This document shows, piece by piece, positions 38,360-52,080 of a stretch of DNA of 64,000 bases. Positions within the stretch are counted from its first letter, which is position 1; every line of letters begins with the position of its first letter. The notes under the pieces were generated by a model, which made no database searches, had not been told where the DNA came from, and saw only the letters and a list, made by a program, of their open reading frames with translations. Source of the DNA: Octopus sinensis (taxonomy: Eukaryota); contig NC_043006.1 of assembly GCF_006345805.1 (NCBI RefSeq), forward strand, positions 44,950,001 to 45,014,000. Direction: 5' to 3'. The translations under genes and the position numbers were made by a program.

Positions 38360-40399
38360 TTTTAGAGGAACGACTGTAAACTTTTGTTCCAAGTGGTGTG
38401 AACACTCGTTTGTAATTCCTATAATCCTGTCGTCCACCCATCCGCAAGGTTGTCACTACTCGACTCGTTGGGAGTTTTTTTTGCCTAACACACTTGTTTG
38501 TGAGGTCTTTACAGCTGCGTGTTTGCATACCTATTACTAATACACTCAACCACAATCTGTCAGTGTATCACCACTAGACCTTATTCCCACTAATTCCTAT
38601 GCCAACCACTTTTTTATGTAGCTTATATTAGGTAAGGGTTATACTCGTAGCTTTCACAGGTCATCGATATTGGTGAAATCGACACGTTTAATTTCTCCTC
38701 TTCAATAGACATCAGGCGAGAGTAGCAGGAAAAAGAACAACAAAATGTATGTGGATTCAGGAAATTTCAGGCAGCCTACGTTCTAGGAAGAAAGGAGCCT
38801 GGGTATGGATACATAAAACTGGATAATGGAAGGAAGACAGGTGAGGGAATTTGAAATGCCCGAGTGGGTGAGGAACGAGATCTACCAGCTCTGAGGAGTA
38901 AAAGGCACTGTAGCTACGGTTGGAAAGTGTTATAAAATTCTTAATGTCGGATTGTTATAACGCCCACTTCGGTATAGCTGTGTAGTTGTTATACCAGTAA
39001 AGACACGACTATGACCGTCTACTTCTTACTCTTTCCCTATACTAACCGACGTCACCTTATTTATAGCGACTATTACATACCACTCATCATGTGGGAGGGG
39101 TGTACCTTTATTACTATTATCCCAACAACAGAAAGGTAGAGAGGCAGAGATAGATAGATAGATAGAAAGAGAGAGAGAGAGAAAGAAGAAGAAAGTTGTT
39201 GCCATGTGCTGGTAAGTGATTTTAATAGGGTGACCCTCTTTACCATAATTAAAAAGCTAAGGCGCTTTAGTTAAGCAGTAATGAATAGTTGTTTAGCTTC
39301 CCTCTCATTATCTCTTATCTTAAGCACCACTCTCTTAGCCCTCCTCCTTTAACCCTATATCTCACTCACTTCACCCACATATACAAACACGCACTCAAAT
39401 ACACACACAAACACACACTCACATGCACACACAAACACACGCATACACACACATATAATATATTTCTCAATCACTGCGATTATCTTATGATTTTCTTCAT
39501 GTCCATGCCAATTAACCTTTCTTATTTCTTTCCCATTTCCGCCATTAAATATCTGAAAAATCACACTCTATCGAAGAGCCATTGTAGTAAGTAATATTTG
39601 GTAATATGCGGTAATCAGTTGAATTTATTAAAACGAAGCATTATGGACTATCCTTTCCTCATAAAAATTATAAACCTTATCATATTGCTTATAACTGTGT
39701 TTTTTTTTTAATAATTTTCCTTCAATCTTTCGCTATGGTTTAATAGTCATTAATCTGCCCAGATCTTGTTACGTATCTGGAATTACTGAATCGTAATAGA
39801 AGTTATGGGTCTTCCATCAATCAACCAAGCAATACGTTTCTTATATTTTTGTATACAGAATACAATATAATTTGTATCCTGTATCACTGCTTTACAATAA
39901 AGACATATTCACTATCAATAAAATGAGCAATACTAGTTATATAATTTTTTTAATATTGTATCAGGTATCACCGAACCATAATAAAAACGATAAGTTCACC
40001 AATGAACAAACCAATGTTCGTTTCATATACATTTTCTTTTATAATTGTATCCTGTCTCATAAATGTCTCATAAATGAAGGCGGATTATTTTTAGACTAAC
40101 AACTATTCATCAGTCATTTACATCAATCCTTTACGAGACCTTTAACCCAATTAGAGATTTGTGCCTGTTATAATATTTTCAGGATCAACGAAAAGTAAAA
40201 TCACACAAGAAACGTTGCTATATTCTATTATGAGTATAACGTTCAATATGGAATGGGAAGTAACTGATAGTGGTCAACGTCAGCAATATTTAACGCATGA
40301 GTTATATTGGTCATAAGTTTACCACCGAACAAAACAAATATGCTCCCTCGCTCCTCCTCCCTCTCTGACGAAAACAAGATCTCAAACCTTTATATTATT

Positions 40400-41000
40400 C
40401 TTTTTTACTCTCGGTACAAGGCCTGAAATTTTTGGGGAGGGACTAGTCGATTAGATCGACCCAACTGGTACTTAATTTATCGACCTCGCAACTGGTACCT
40501 AATTTATCGACCTCGAAAGGATTAAAGGCAAAGTCGATCTCGGCGGAATTTGAACTCAGAACGTAGTGGCAGACGAAATACCTATTTCTTTACAACCCTC
40601 AAGGGGCTAAACACTGAGAGGACAAACAAGGACAGACAAACGGATTAAGTCGATTATATCGACCCCAGTGCGTAACTGGTACTTATTTAATCGACCCCAA
40701 AAGGATGAAAGGTAAAGTCGACATCGGCAGAATTTGAACTCAGAACGTAGCGGCAGGCAAAATACCTATTTCTATACCACCTACAAGGGGCTAAACACAG
40801 AGGGGACAAACAAGGACAGACAAACGGATTAAATCGATTATATCGACCCCAGTGCGTAACTGGTATTTGATTTATTGACCCCGAAAGGATGAAAGGCAAA
40901 GTCGACCTCGGCGGAATTTGAACTCAGAACGTAACGGCAGACGAAATACGGCTACGCATTTCGCCCGACGTGCTAACGTTTCTGCCAGCTCGCCACCTTA
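40400..41000 (-). mobile_element. SINE family A multimer: head + 2 units + terminal module
   Basis: Same architecture and junctions as 27390-27980. Confidence 0.88.
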
Positions 41001-41251
41001 AACCTTAATATTATTGACGCTTTATGTCATTTGAGTTTATTAATATTTCTACCAACTCTCCTGTTATGAATATAGCTTGTGGTTCACTGCTGATACTAAC
41101 TTACCCACTATAGCTGTAGTTTGTTAAATGATGGAGTCGTCTTCCATTAGAACATTGTATGTAGACAACGATATTTTAACTAGGTTGTGCGATTCAGTAC
41201 CTTCCTCCACCCCCAGATATGTGTGTATGTGCGTATAATTATGAATATATA

Positions 41252-42514
41252 CAGGGTGCGAGGAATAAATTGTCGTCTAAATTACGCGAAAATGAAAATG
41301 AAAATGACACTGACATCTCACTTTAACAGATATATTTACCAAAATTACATAAAAATATCTTGAAATACTAAAGAGTAAATTTATTCAATAAAATCGCCAT
41401 TGGCTTCAACCACGGCCTCCAGATAACTTCAGAATCTCATGCAACTCTTCTGGAAGGTGTTGTTTAAGTTGCTGCCATAACCCTTGCCTTCAATTCATCT
41501 TTGGTGTTACAAAGAATTTTGTTGGTCTCTCGCTCAACTGCGACCCACACATAATAATCAAGGGGGTTGCAGTCTGGGGAGTTAGGTAGCCAGACCTTAG
41601 GGGTGATATGGTCGCAGAAATTGTTTGACAGCCATCACTGGATTCTCCTACTTGTGTGGCACAGTGCAGAATCCTGTTGTTGGGCATAGGGTCTTCCAGC
41701 AAACACCCTCTTGATCCAGGACAGCATTACATCTTCCAAGTACTTGATGTAGGCCTCCGTGTTGAGTCTGAGGCCGTGTGGGAAGATTTATGGAGGCATA
41801 GCGTCGCCATCACTAGTGATCGCTCTAAACACCATGATACTGACTGGATGTTTGATTTTTATCACTCTCGGTATATGTTTTGGGGACACAGCAAGCCAAC
41901 GGTTGTTCTGTGTGTTCACCATCTGATCCTGACAGACATTTTTCTTGTCAAAGAAAAACCAAAGTATGTTCAGTTGGAGGGGATGCTTGACTTTGTCGAA
42001 AAGCTTCGTAGCGCAGTCTTTCCTTTTGTCCTTGAAGGCTTGGGATAAAAATTGGCCCTTTCTCATCTTGTATGAAGAATATCGAATGTCTTCATACATT
42101 ACCTGCCTGATAAGGAACTCAAACACTCCCATTTTCCGAGTGATGGACCTGACTGACTTGGAGGAATCGTTGTCAATCATGGAGTGGGTCGCACCAACAA
42201 ATTCGGGAGTTGTTTTCTTATCACAACGATCACCATTAGATCATCCAACTCTTTCCGAACCCCCTGCACTATCCTCAGATTGACACCCAAACACTCTGAA
42301 ATGTTCGTATTGGGCCTCCCGGTACGAATGCTAAGAAGTACATTTTGTCGTTTCCAAATTTCTGGCAGAGTGAATTGCGTCAAGGTGCTGTTTTTTTCAC
42401 AGACAGTGCCCAGCTGACTCTACTATACCATGTAGTCGCTAAAATCAAAATCAAATAATGCGCATGCGCGAAATTAAAAATATAAAATGGAGACAATTTA
42501 CCCATCACACCCCG
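41252..42514 (-). mobile_element. Tc1/mariner-superfamily element, maT (DD37D)-like, degenerate
   Basis: Imperfect TIRs cagggtgcgaggaataaattgtc / gacaatttacccatcacaccccg with TA flanks. Transposase remnants WFFFDKKNVCQDQMVNTQNNRWL, HPVSIMVFRAITSDG. Confidence 0.82.
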
Positions 42515-42531
42515 TATATATATATATATAT

Positions 42532-42574
<43 letters not shown>

Positions 42575-43194
42575 TGTTTTGCTGAAGGAAACAATGCGCC
42601 GCTCAGTCAAGAAACTGATCGGGTGACCCTATGATCGTGAACCCAGCATTCTAATCTATAAGCCATGTTCATCGTCAAAAATGGCAGCGGCAATGAAACA
42701 CCATTAATTTCAAACAAGTTTACCTCAAATATATATGCATATATATATAAAAATTTTGTTCTCTGTTATAAGGTGTCCGCCCGATAATCCGTTGCTGTTA
42801 AGCATTCAAGTATACTTGGAACATCGAATACAGAGTTCCAAACAACCACAATGTGAAATGTACATAGGAACAAAATATTTAAACTTGTGTTTATCGCAAT
42901 TTCTTCCTCATAGATACAGCCAGCCAGCCAGTCACACACACACACTCACACTCACACAATGTGGCTATCGAGTATTACCACTTTTCAATCCCACTTTCTT
43001 TTTAAGACTTAGTGCCTTCCTGTCATAGGTACCCAATGAAGAAAACATAACAGTGCAACAGTACAATATTCACTTCCCAGCCACAGATAACACGTGAGCG
43101 GAGGATGCAACAGCATCTATAACCAGAGAATCACGACTGGGTCCATCTTTATTTAATCTTCTATGTGCACTTCGTGATGATATTTTATTGTCTA

Positions 43195-45720
43195 CTAGCA
43201 GAGGTACCCGGCGTTGCCCGGTATAACTCTCGATAAAGTAGTCGTTCAAATGAACCGAAAGGCTTCAGTCAAACACGACTATAGAAATAACACTTTAGGG
43301 GTTTTGAATGTTCACTATGAAATATCACTGCGGCGATGCTGCCAGCAAATATGAATCTGATGGTAACAATTTAATCTTGCTGGCCCTGAAGAAAGCCTTG
43401 GATTGTTCACTCTTAAAAGTCCCAGTGGCGGTGCTGCCAGCAAAGACGAATAAAGCGATAACAATTTATAGTTGGTAGTCCTGAAGAGGACCTTTTAACG
43501 TTCACTTTGAATTATCCGATGGTAACAATTTAATCTTGCTGACCCTGATCTAACAATTTAGTCTTGCTGACCTCAGATCGTTCACTCTTAAAAGTCCCAG
43601 CAGCAGAGCTGTCAGCAAAGACGACTCCGATTAGAGGTGGTGGCCCTTAAGAAGTCCTTCACACTACTTTGGTGTGTCTATTTACTTTGCTTGTTATTTG
43701 AGATTGTAACTTAGAAAAGCATGTAAAAGTCCTTGGCCTCAAAAACGGCCTGGCAAGATCACACTTGAATGTAAAAAAAAGTGTGTAAATAAGATGTAGG
43801 GAAATGTAGATTAATTAAGTTATAACTACAGGACATCAATTGTAAAGCGTGATGGCAACATATAAATACGGAAAACGGAGACATTGAACAGTTATAACGT
43901 ATGGCAAAAGCAACTTCAGAGGGTTCGTGATATTGTCAAAAGGACAAAAATAGCACACGGATACAACAAATGTAGGCACTTACACACACACACACACAAA
44001 AAAACAGCGATTACTTGTTGGCGAATAGGGCGCCTACAAAAATTCCCTATAGACTATATGTTGGGGTTTTCTCACGAGTTGAAAAAGCAAACTCGAGAGC
44101 AGCCAACATACATGTGACCATAGGAGAAACATGGTTCTTCTAAATTAAGCCCTACTACCGTCAGCGTCTGACCATGTGATTTGTTAATCAACATGGTGAA
44201 GCTGAGCCGGAGAGGGAATTGCAGCCTTCTGAATGTGAAAGGAATGTCTTTACCAGATGGAATAAGAGATAAGCCTGGTATGAAGATAATACTTTCCTTA
44301 TCACATACTGTAAGTATTGTTGCCTCAGTAACATGGTTAGATAGTATAAGTATGATGAAATCTGCTGAACATAACTCACTGATGTGTGGTTGGCTAGAGG
44401 TCACCATTTCGGACTTAATTGGGAGTCAATTAAACAGGGGGAGACAACCGGATGCAAAAACTAATTCGCACAGTTAGGTATAATTGGGAAATAGCACAAT
44501 CCATATACAGTTGGCGTTAAAATTTACACCAGGGTTAAATCGCGCTTTCTTGGTTAGGAGCGTGAAATGACACCAAAGTTCAAGGGAAAAAAATTAACTT
44601 CCCATTCCACACTTAATTGTGGTGCAATTACAAGGGGGAGACAATCGGGTGCAAAGTAAAATTCAATCATCCTAAATTTAACTGAGAAAACTAAAGTTTA
44701 GTCAGGGGGATTTTAAAATTTGCTATTCCATTTGTAGGACATGAGTAACCGATGCGTCAACTTTCGTTTAAATCGACTGTTATTTCCAGACGTTAAAATG
44801 CTTTGCTGCGACCATAGTATGAATTTTAAAAGTGGTCCAAAGGGGCTCACTGCAACTCCCTAGGGGGTTCCCTTGCAGAATTCAAATGATAACGAATGTG
44901 CGGTATTTTATCTTATGGCAGGCAATAACCATAATAAACACCTGAGGTTCTGATGCTGTTTTATTGTGGCAGTTTGAACTTTTATGGGTTAATGATTTAG
45001 GCTCATTGTCTCCAAGGGGGTTCTCTTTCTGAATTGAAATGGAAGTAAATGTGCATCGCTGTATCTTCAACTGTAGTAAATGAATAACAACTGAGTCGAA
45101 ATTCATTTTATGGGCCTACCAATTATCGAAACTATTACCCTTTGCTGCATTACAATAGCCAAATTCAATAAATGACTCGCCGGGGCTTACTGCCCCCTGG
45201 GGGTCCTCTGGCTTGTTCCGAGTATAGACAGTGTTTTCAACATCATCTTTAGGCAATGGGTAACCAATGTATCCCGTAAAGTTAAAATCAAACGTAAACT
45301 TCAAAAGTTATCAGGTACTAATAGTGTTAATGTGAACTTCAATAGATAAGTCGAAGGGGCTTACTGCACACCAGGGGTCCCTTTGATAAGTTCAAGTAAA
45401 AGTTCATGTGTTCACCTTCCTCTGTTAGCCATAGGTAATCAATACGTCTCGTTTCGTGGAAACCAAACTCCAACTCAAGCAGTTATGACGTTTTGTTGCA
45501 TTGATGATATCAACTTCAACATTCATCAAAATCGGTTTACTGCCCCCAGGGTGTCCCCTACCTGAATTTTTGCGCAAGTGCATGCTTGCAATTTTATTTG
45601 TAGGCCATAAGAAAACAAAAGATAAATTTTGGTGAAGATGGGAGGCAACTGCAGGAATTATGGTGCCTTTATGCGGTAGTACTGCTGACTCAGACAGAGA
45701 GGCTTAAGGGAGTTATCTTC
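43195..45720 (-). mobile_element. Deleted Helitron with Pif1-helicase C-terminal remnant
   Basis: 3' hairpin cccgggcaacgccggg + CTAG|T at 43195. 44072-44407 encodes FRRLQFPLRLSFTMLINKSHGQTL..CFSYGHMYVGCSRV. Minisatellite at 43320-43660. 5' limit is approximate. Confidence 0.8.
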
Positions 45721-46014
45721 CCCTGAGGGCCCTTACAATCGATGTATGGGAAAATAAAAGCCTACGATGCGTAATAGGTGTGTGCGTGTTTGTGTATTCA
45801 CGCGTGTGTATCTGCGTTTGTCCCCCCGTCATCGCTGGTGTTTTTATGTCTCTGTAACTTAGCGGTTCGGCAAAGAGACGATAGAATAAGTACTAGGCTT
45901 ACGAAGAATAAGTCCTAGGGTCGATTTCTTCGACTAAAAAGAAACCCTCAGGGTGATGCTCCAGGGTGATGCTGAAACAAAACAATACAAATATAAATAA
46001 TCATTGGATGTGTA

Positions 46015-46425
46015 ACATTTATTTATTTCTTCATTGCCCAGAGGGGGGTAAACATAGAGGGGATAAACAAGGGCAGACAAAGGTATTAAGTCGATTACAT
46101 TGACCCCAGTGTGTAACTGGTACTTATTTAATCGACCCAGAAAGGATAAAAGGCAAAGTTGACCTCAGAGGAATTTGAACACAGAACGTAACGTCAGACG
46201 AATACCTATTTCTATTTCTTTACTACCCACAAGGAGCTAAACATAGAGGGGACAAACAAGGACAGACAAACGGATTAAGTCGATTATATCGAGCCCAGCG
46301 CGTAACTGGTACTTAATTTATCGACCCCGAAAGGATGAAAGGCAAAGTCGACCTCGGCGGAATTTGAACTCAGAACGCAGCGGCAGGCGAAATACCACAA
46401 AGTATTTCGCCCGGCGTGCTAACGG
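46015..46425 (-). mobile_element. SINE family A, head + 2 units
   Basis: aaagaaatagaaatag|gtatt junction at ~46200. Confidence 0.82.
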
Positions 46426-46435
46426 GAATTAGCTA

Positions 46436-47185
46436 TCGACTTCAGCACATCCCAATCCACCATCTGCCGCCACTTGGAAAAAATAGGAAAAGTTAGCAAG
46501 CCGGGTGCTTGGGGCTACCAATACTCTTAGTGCGAAGAACTGAAATCACATGTCCATAGCGACAAGTCTTCTTTCAAGGTAGAGCAATGACTCGTTCTTC
46601 ATAATATCGTTATAGGTGATGAAAAATGGACATTTTATGACAATATTAACGCAAAAGGCAGTGGATTGAAAGGGATAAATCTCCACAACCTACTTCTGGG
46701 TTTCATGAAAGGAAGGTTATGTTGTGTGTATGACGGGATCACCGCGGTATTATTCATTTTGTATTTTTAAACCGCAATCAGACACTAAACGCCGACTCTC
46801 AAAAGCTGCAACGTGTGCATGAAAATGTTTTAAGAAAATCCCCTGCGCTCATCAAGGGAAAAATACTGGATTTGGGCTGGTTTGTTCTACACCATCTACC
46901 TTATTCGCCAGACCTTGCAGAAATTGATTTCCATCTTTATTGCTCTCTACAAAATGTTCTGAGGGGAAAATGTTTCACAAAATCAGATGAAAACGTATGC
47001 AGACAGCTTCATCTCGAAGCCAGCTGAATTTTATTCGAGATGAATCAAAAAGCTACCTTATAAATGGCAAGAAGTCGTTCAAAATAATGGCAATTATACT
47101 GATAATTGAAAATAATTCTTTGTAAAAAATTTTCATATGTAAAGGTGTTTAATAAAATCAGAAATTATTTATGACTCGACCCAAC
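46436..47185 (+). mobile_element. Degenerate mariner, 5'-truncated
   Basis: GDEKW..YDN, HHLPYSPDLAEIDFHLYCSLQN; one putative TIR near 47160-47185. Confidence 0.8.
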
Positions 47186-47941
47186 AGCATATCAATTTTG
47201 AAGAATCCTTGGTTCTTGAAATTATCTTCCTTTCTCATTTGGAGTTGGTACCAACAGCCATCAAGCTATTGGTCTATCTCCTAATTTCACTAAATCAAGA
47301 ATATTTTGCAAGTTATTTAATAAATCTCTATTCTTGTTCTTCAAATGCATGCCTCTAGCCTGTTGTTTCACGCAACCGCGATGCTACTATTCATCACTGA
47401 CAATAAAAACTAAACGATATAAAATAAAATAAAAATGAATAGGTATGTGTAGGTGCGCGCGCTAGTGTATAGCTTATGATTATGAAATGCAAGAGTGGCT
47501 GTGTCGACCCACCCTAGTCAGATGGTAGCACGCGTGTCAGTCGTGCTACTTTTCACCATTATGTTTTAGTAGGGCACTCCATATTTCAATAGCTTTGACA
47601 AAGCTATGCATGACGTGATATAGAAAACAACCAATGAATGACACATCCTGTTACGAGCAGGACGTCTGCTTATTATCCTCTTTAAAAAATAATATTATCG
47701 GAATGAGAAAAATGATTTTGTAAGGAATTCACTTAATATGAAATTTGAAATGAAGTCCACATTTTTTATCTTTGTTTTCTTTTTCAAGTCCATGTATTTC
47801 TTTTCATTGTCTAATAACTTCACTAAGAACGAATACAAAGTAATAAAAACGGCCGATAGCAAAACAACAGACTTGGACTACTAGGTAAACCGTGAAGTTA
47901 TACTAACATTTAATTACACGCATATGCACGCACACAACACA

Positions 47942-47976
<35 letters not shown>

Positions 47977-47980
47977 GCAT

Positions 47981-48190
47981 TATAAATATAAATTAAATTA
48001 GAGATAAAACCACTATTAGGCAAATCAAACAATGAAAAACATAAACCATAACGTAAAAATAAACATAATTAATATAATATACAAAATATTATATTATATT
48101 AATTATGTTTATTTTTACGTTATGGTTTATGTTTTTCATTGTTTGATTTACCTAATAGTGGTTTTATCTCTAATTTAATTTGTATTTATA
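47981..48190. repeat. 210-bp AT-rich palindrome
   Basis: Arms 47981-48081 and 48090-48190, 2 mismatches, 8-nt spacer. Confidence 0.95.
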
Positions 48191-48258
48191 CTGTGAAATT
48201 GGATTTAATCCTAAATCTAATTTTTCCCTGTAAGTTTGGAGCCATACCCCCTAATATT

Positions 48259-48316
<58 letters not shown>

Positions 48317-48359
48317 ATATATTATATATATATATATACATATACATACATACATATAC

Positions 48360-48400
<41 letters not shown>

Positions 48401-48811
48401 GCCTAAAAACCCTTATCGTTTGTTTTTTACTGTGTTATTCTCCTTGTCCTGTCTTTTATATTTGTATTGCTTTTACTGTCTGGTTTTGTTTTTACTGTCC
48501 TGTTCTTGTCACTATTTTTACCCCTCCGCAAAAAATCCAAAATTTTATTTAATTTGCTTTGCGGGAAGGACTGTTTCAATGAAGTCGTGTCTTGCCCTTA
48601 CCTTCGAAACATGGAGTAGTTGAAGCAGGGGTAGCTGAAGAAGGGGAATGATCCCAGTGTTGTATGTCTTGTACATTGTTTTTTCGTTGTTTGAAAAAGT
48701 CCGTTTGTTTTTGTGTTTGTTTTTGTTTTCGTTTCTTGTTATGTTCTACATTTTTTTGGTGTCCTGTACCCATATATGCATGTATATATACATATAGATG
48801 TAGGTATGTAC

Positions 48812-48844
<33 letters not shown>

Positions 48845-49476
48845 TGTATGTATGTATGTATATATGCATGTGTTTTATTTATCAATTTGTTATTATATAT
48901 ATATATATATATATGCCAATCTACGCTTGGTGATCCCAGCTTCTAGCGACATTTTCGGCCTGATAAGGTCAAAATGCTTTTTAAAGATACAAATAACTCA
49001 AAAAACAGTTTCTAAGTTTCACTATTTATAAATGTGAAGTTACTTTACGGTAAAACAAGTTAAGTGTTGCTAGCATTGTCTCCCAGAATCATTCGAATGA
49101 CCTCTGGATGTAATCTAGAATGCAGGTAAATAAGTTCCAGGTAAAAAGGCACAGGAAATAAAGTCACGGTAATAAAGTCACAAGAAAGAAAATCACAGGG
49201 TCTTGTCCGCGAGGGGAGGGGTGTCCAAAGGTTTTTTTTTTGGGGGGGGGGGGGTTGTCCGGATCCCATAAATTTATTGTGACTTTTTTCCTGTGACTTT
49301 TTTCATGGTCAAAATGGTGACTTTATTACCGGTTACCGTTTCCCACCATCATATATCATAAGCATATTTTGTTAATGAAGCCAGGCTTTAAGCTATAATT
49401 AGATACACGTACTCGCGCGCTCACACACACATACACAAACACAAAGAGCGAGTAAGAGTGACAAAAAGAAAGACAG

Positions 49477-49522
<46 letters not shown>

Positions 49523-50372
49523 GTGTAGGACGACAGCCACTTAGGACAAAAGCCCGCAAGGACAAAAGCCCCTAGGACAAAATCCCTCTAGGACAAAAAT
49601 CTCCCTGTGGACACACACACCCGGACAAAAGCCCCAAAAACTCCCTGTGGACACACACACCCGGACAAAAGCCCCCCCACCTCGGAAAAAGCCCCTCAGA
49701 CAAAAGCCCCACAGTTCTCAAACATACTTTATTTTGAAGGTAAGATAATACGTTTTCACATTTAGTGAAAATACACACACACACACACATACACACACGG
49801 ACATGAATGATACTGCTTTGTATGAAAGTGTCACTCATTTACAACTATCATATGTGAACATGGGGCAACACTCACTCAGACACACACACGCGCATGCACA
49901 AAGGTGTGTGTATGTGTTTATGTGTATGCATGTATGTACGTATATACTCGATTGTAGCTTTTATGTTTCTACACATTTCTTGTTGTGTATTCTGCTATTC
50001 TGTTCTACTTATTTTCCATTGACTATATTTTGTTTACTTAAAAATTGGAATTTTGGAAAATAATTTTTTCTTTTACAACTGCGATTTACCGTTTTTGTTT
50101 ACGTGAAATTATATGAAAAGAAATTTTAAGATTTGGCTGTTACTTCTTGCATGTGAAGAGACCTTCTAGGCTTAACTTCATGTGTTGGTTGAAAATCATT
50201 AAAAAAAAATTCTGGGGTCGATACTTTCGACTAAAAATTCTTCAAAATAGAGCACCAGCATGGCCGCATGCAAATGAATGGAACAAATAAAAAGAAAAAA
50301 ATTACCGAAAAATATAACCGTGGAATTTTGTCCACTTTCACACTATGGGACTTTTGTCCGGACCCCATATAG

Positions 50373-50435
<63 letters not shown>

Positions 50436-50484
50436 TGTATGTATGTATGTATGTATGTATATATATTGTGTATATATATATATA

Positions 50485-50602
<118 letters not shown>

Positions 50603-50625
50603 GTATATATAATATTATATATATA

Positions 50626-51160
50626 CTAGCATTAAAGACCCGTCGTTGCCGGGTCATAGTGCTAGTGCATGTATATATGTGTATATATATGTGTACATAT
50701 TACATGTACATCTATATATATACATCTACACATAAAATGCAAAATACAAAGTTATATATTGATATCGCTAGTAATAACAATACTCAAAATATATAACAGA
50801 CTGGAATTATTAGCTCTTCTTTTTTCTCTACATTGTATACTTTATAGACAACAGTCTTTTCTTTAATTTAATTTTTTATTATCCATCTGGACTATTCCAT
50901 TTCTGCACGCTAATTTTATTTTTAATTTATTCCCATTCATGTGAAACCACTTATTCAAGTTCAAATCATTGATGCAATTTTATACCAATTGCTATTTTTA
51001 CTTTAGTATGTTACGATTATATTATACTTTAGTTTGATTTTAATTATTACTTACTACATATAATTCAATTGTAGTAGAAATAGATTTCATTTGATACCCA
51101 CTTCTTTAATAAAAAAAAGGCTAGGTCATGGTTCCAGTAGATATAATTATGGGTTCATTG

Positions 51161-51195
<35 letters not shown>

Positions 51196-51687
51196 ATGTT
51201 TGCATGTGTGTGTGTGCGTGCGTATATATATATTCCATTTCTGCACGCTAATTTTATTTTTAATTTATTCCCATTCATGTGAAACCACTTATTCAAGTTC
51301 AAATCATTGATGCAATTTTATACCAATTGCTATTTTTACTTTAGTATGTTACGATTATATTATACTTTAGTTTGATTTTAATTATTACTTACTACATATA
51401 ATTCAATTGTTATTATTATTTTTATTGTAAAATTGAAAGCATCTGACATAAAATAGAGAAATATTTTTGTTTCACTTTTAACACGTAATATTGAAATAGT
51501 GGAGAAGATATGATATTACTATGGGCCTGCTCTAGGCAAGAAGTTGAACATTTTTTTGCCCATGAAACTACATGGACCCTAAGTAAGGTATGTATAAAAT
51601 TTGAATGAAATTGGTTGTGTAGTTCTCAAGTTTTAGGGAAACACACAGACAGACAGACACACACACATTCTCAGTTTTATATATATA

Positions 51688-51690
<3 letters not shown>
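50626..51690 (-). mobile_element. Non-autonomous Helitron
   Basis: A|TCttatatatataaaactgag 5' end; 3' hairpin gacccggcaacgacgggtc + CTAG|T; internal ~180-bp direct duplication. Confidence 0.82.
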
Positions 51691-51741
<51 letters not shown>

Positions 51742-52037
51742 TCAGGGTGAATACTTGATAGTTGTAAGCACTGAATATACCATTTAGTGGTGTAGGTGAT
51801 AGAGTATATTAATCAAAATAAAAACATGATTCATAGGATTTAGCGGTACATATGTTTCGGGCCTTTATTAGACGGTTTTATAACAATGCATAATTGATGT
51901 AAATGTGTGTCTATGGCTTTCTTCAGCTGTGTACAATTACTACTTCAAGGACATATATTACATTATAAGTTTTACGTTGGGGATGCAAATCCTCATAGTT
52001 GCGTACGACAGAGTGGGGCACCAACACGAAATCGAAG

Positions 52038-52080
52038 CGTCCATCCCGCTTTTGACTCGATGTCAAAAGCGGGATGGACG
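52038..52080. repeat. Perfect 19-bp GC-rich hairpin
   Basis: cgtccatcccgcttttgac-tcgat-gtcaaaagcgggatggacg. Confidence 0.95.

Noticed and set aside
16919-46425. Regularly spaced SINE-A repeats resembling a CRISPR array
   Set aside because: Eukaryotic context, no cas genes, and the spacers are themselves repeated.
48575-48635. Hammerhead-like remnant (ctgtttcaa..tgaag..cttcgaaacatgg..ttgaagcag)
   Set aside because: CUGANGA core is absent; only GAAAC and flanking helices remain.
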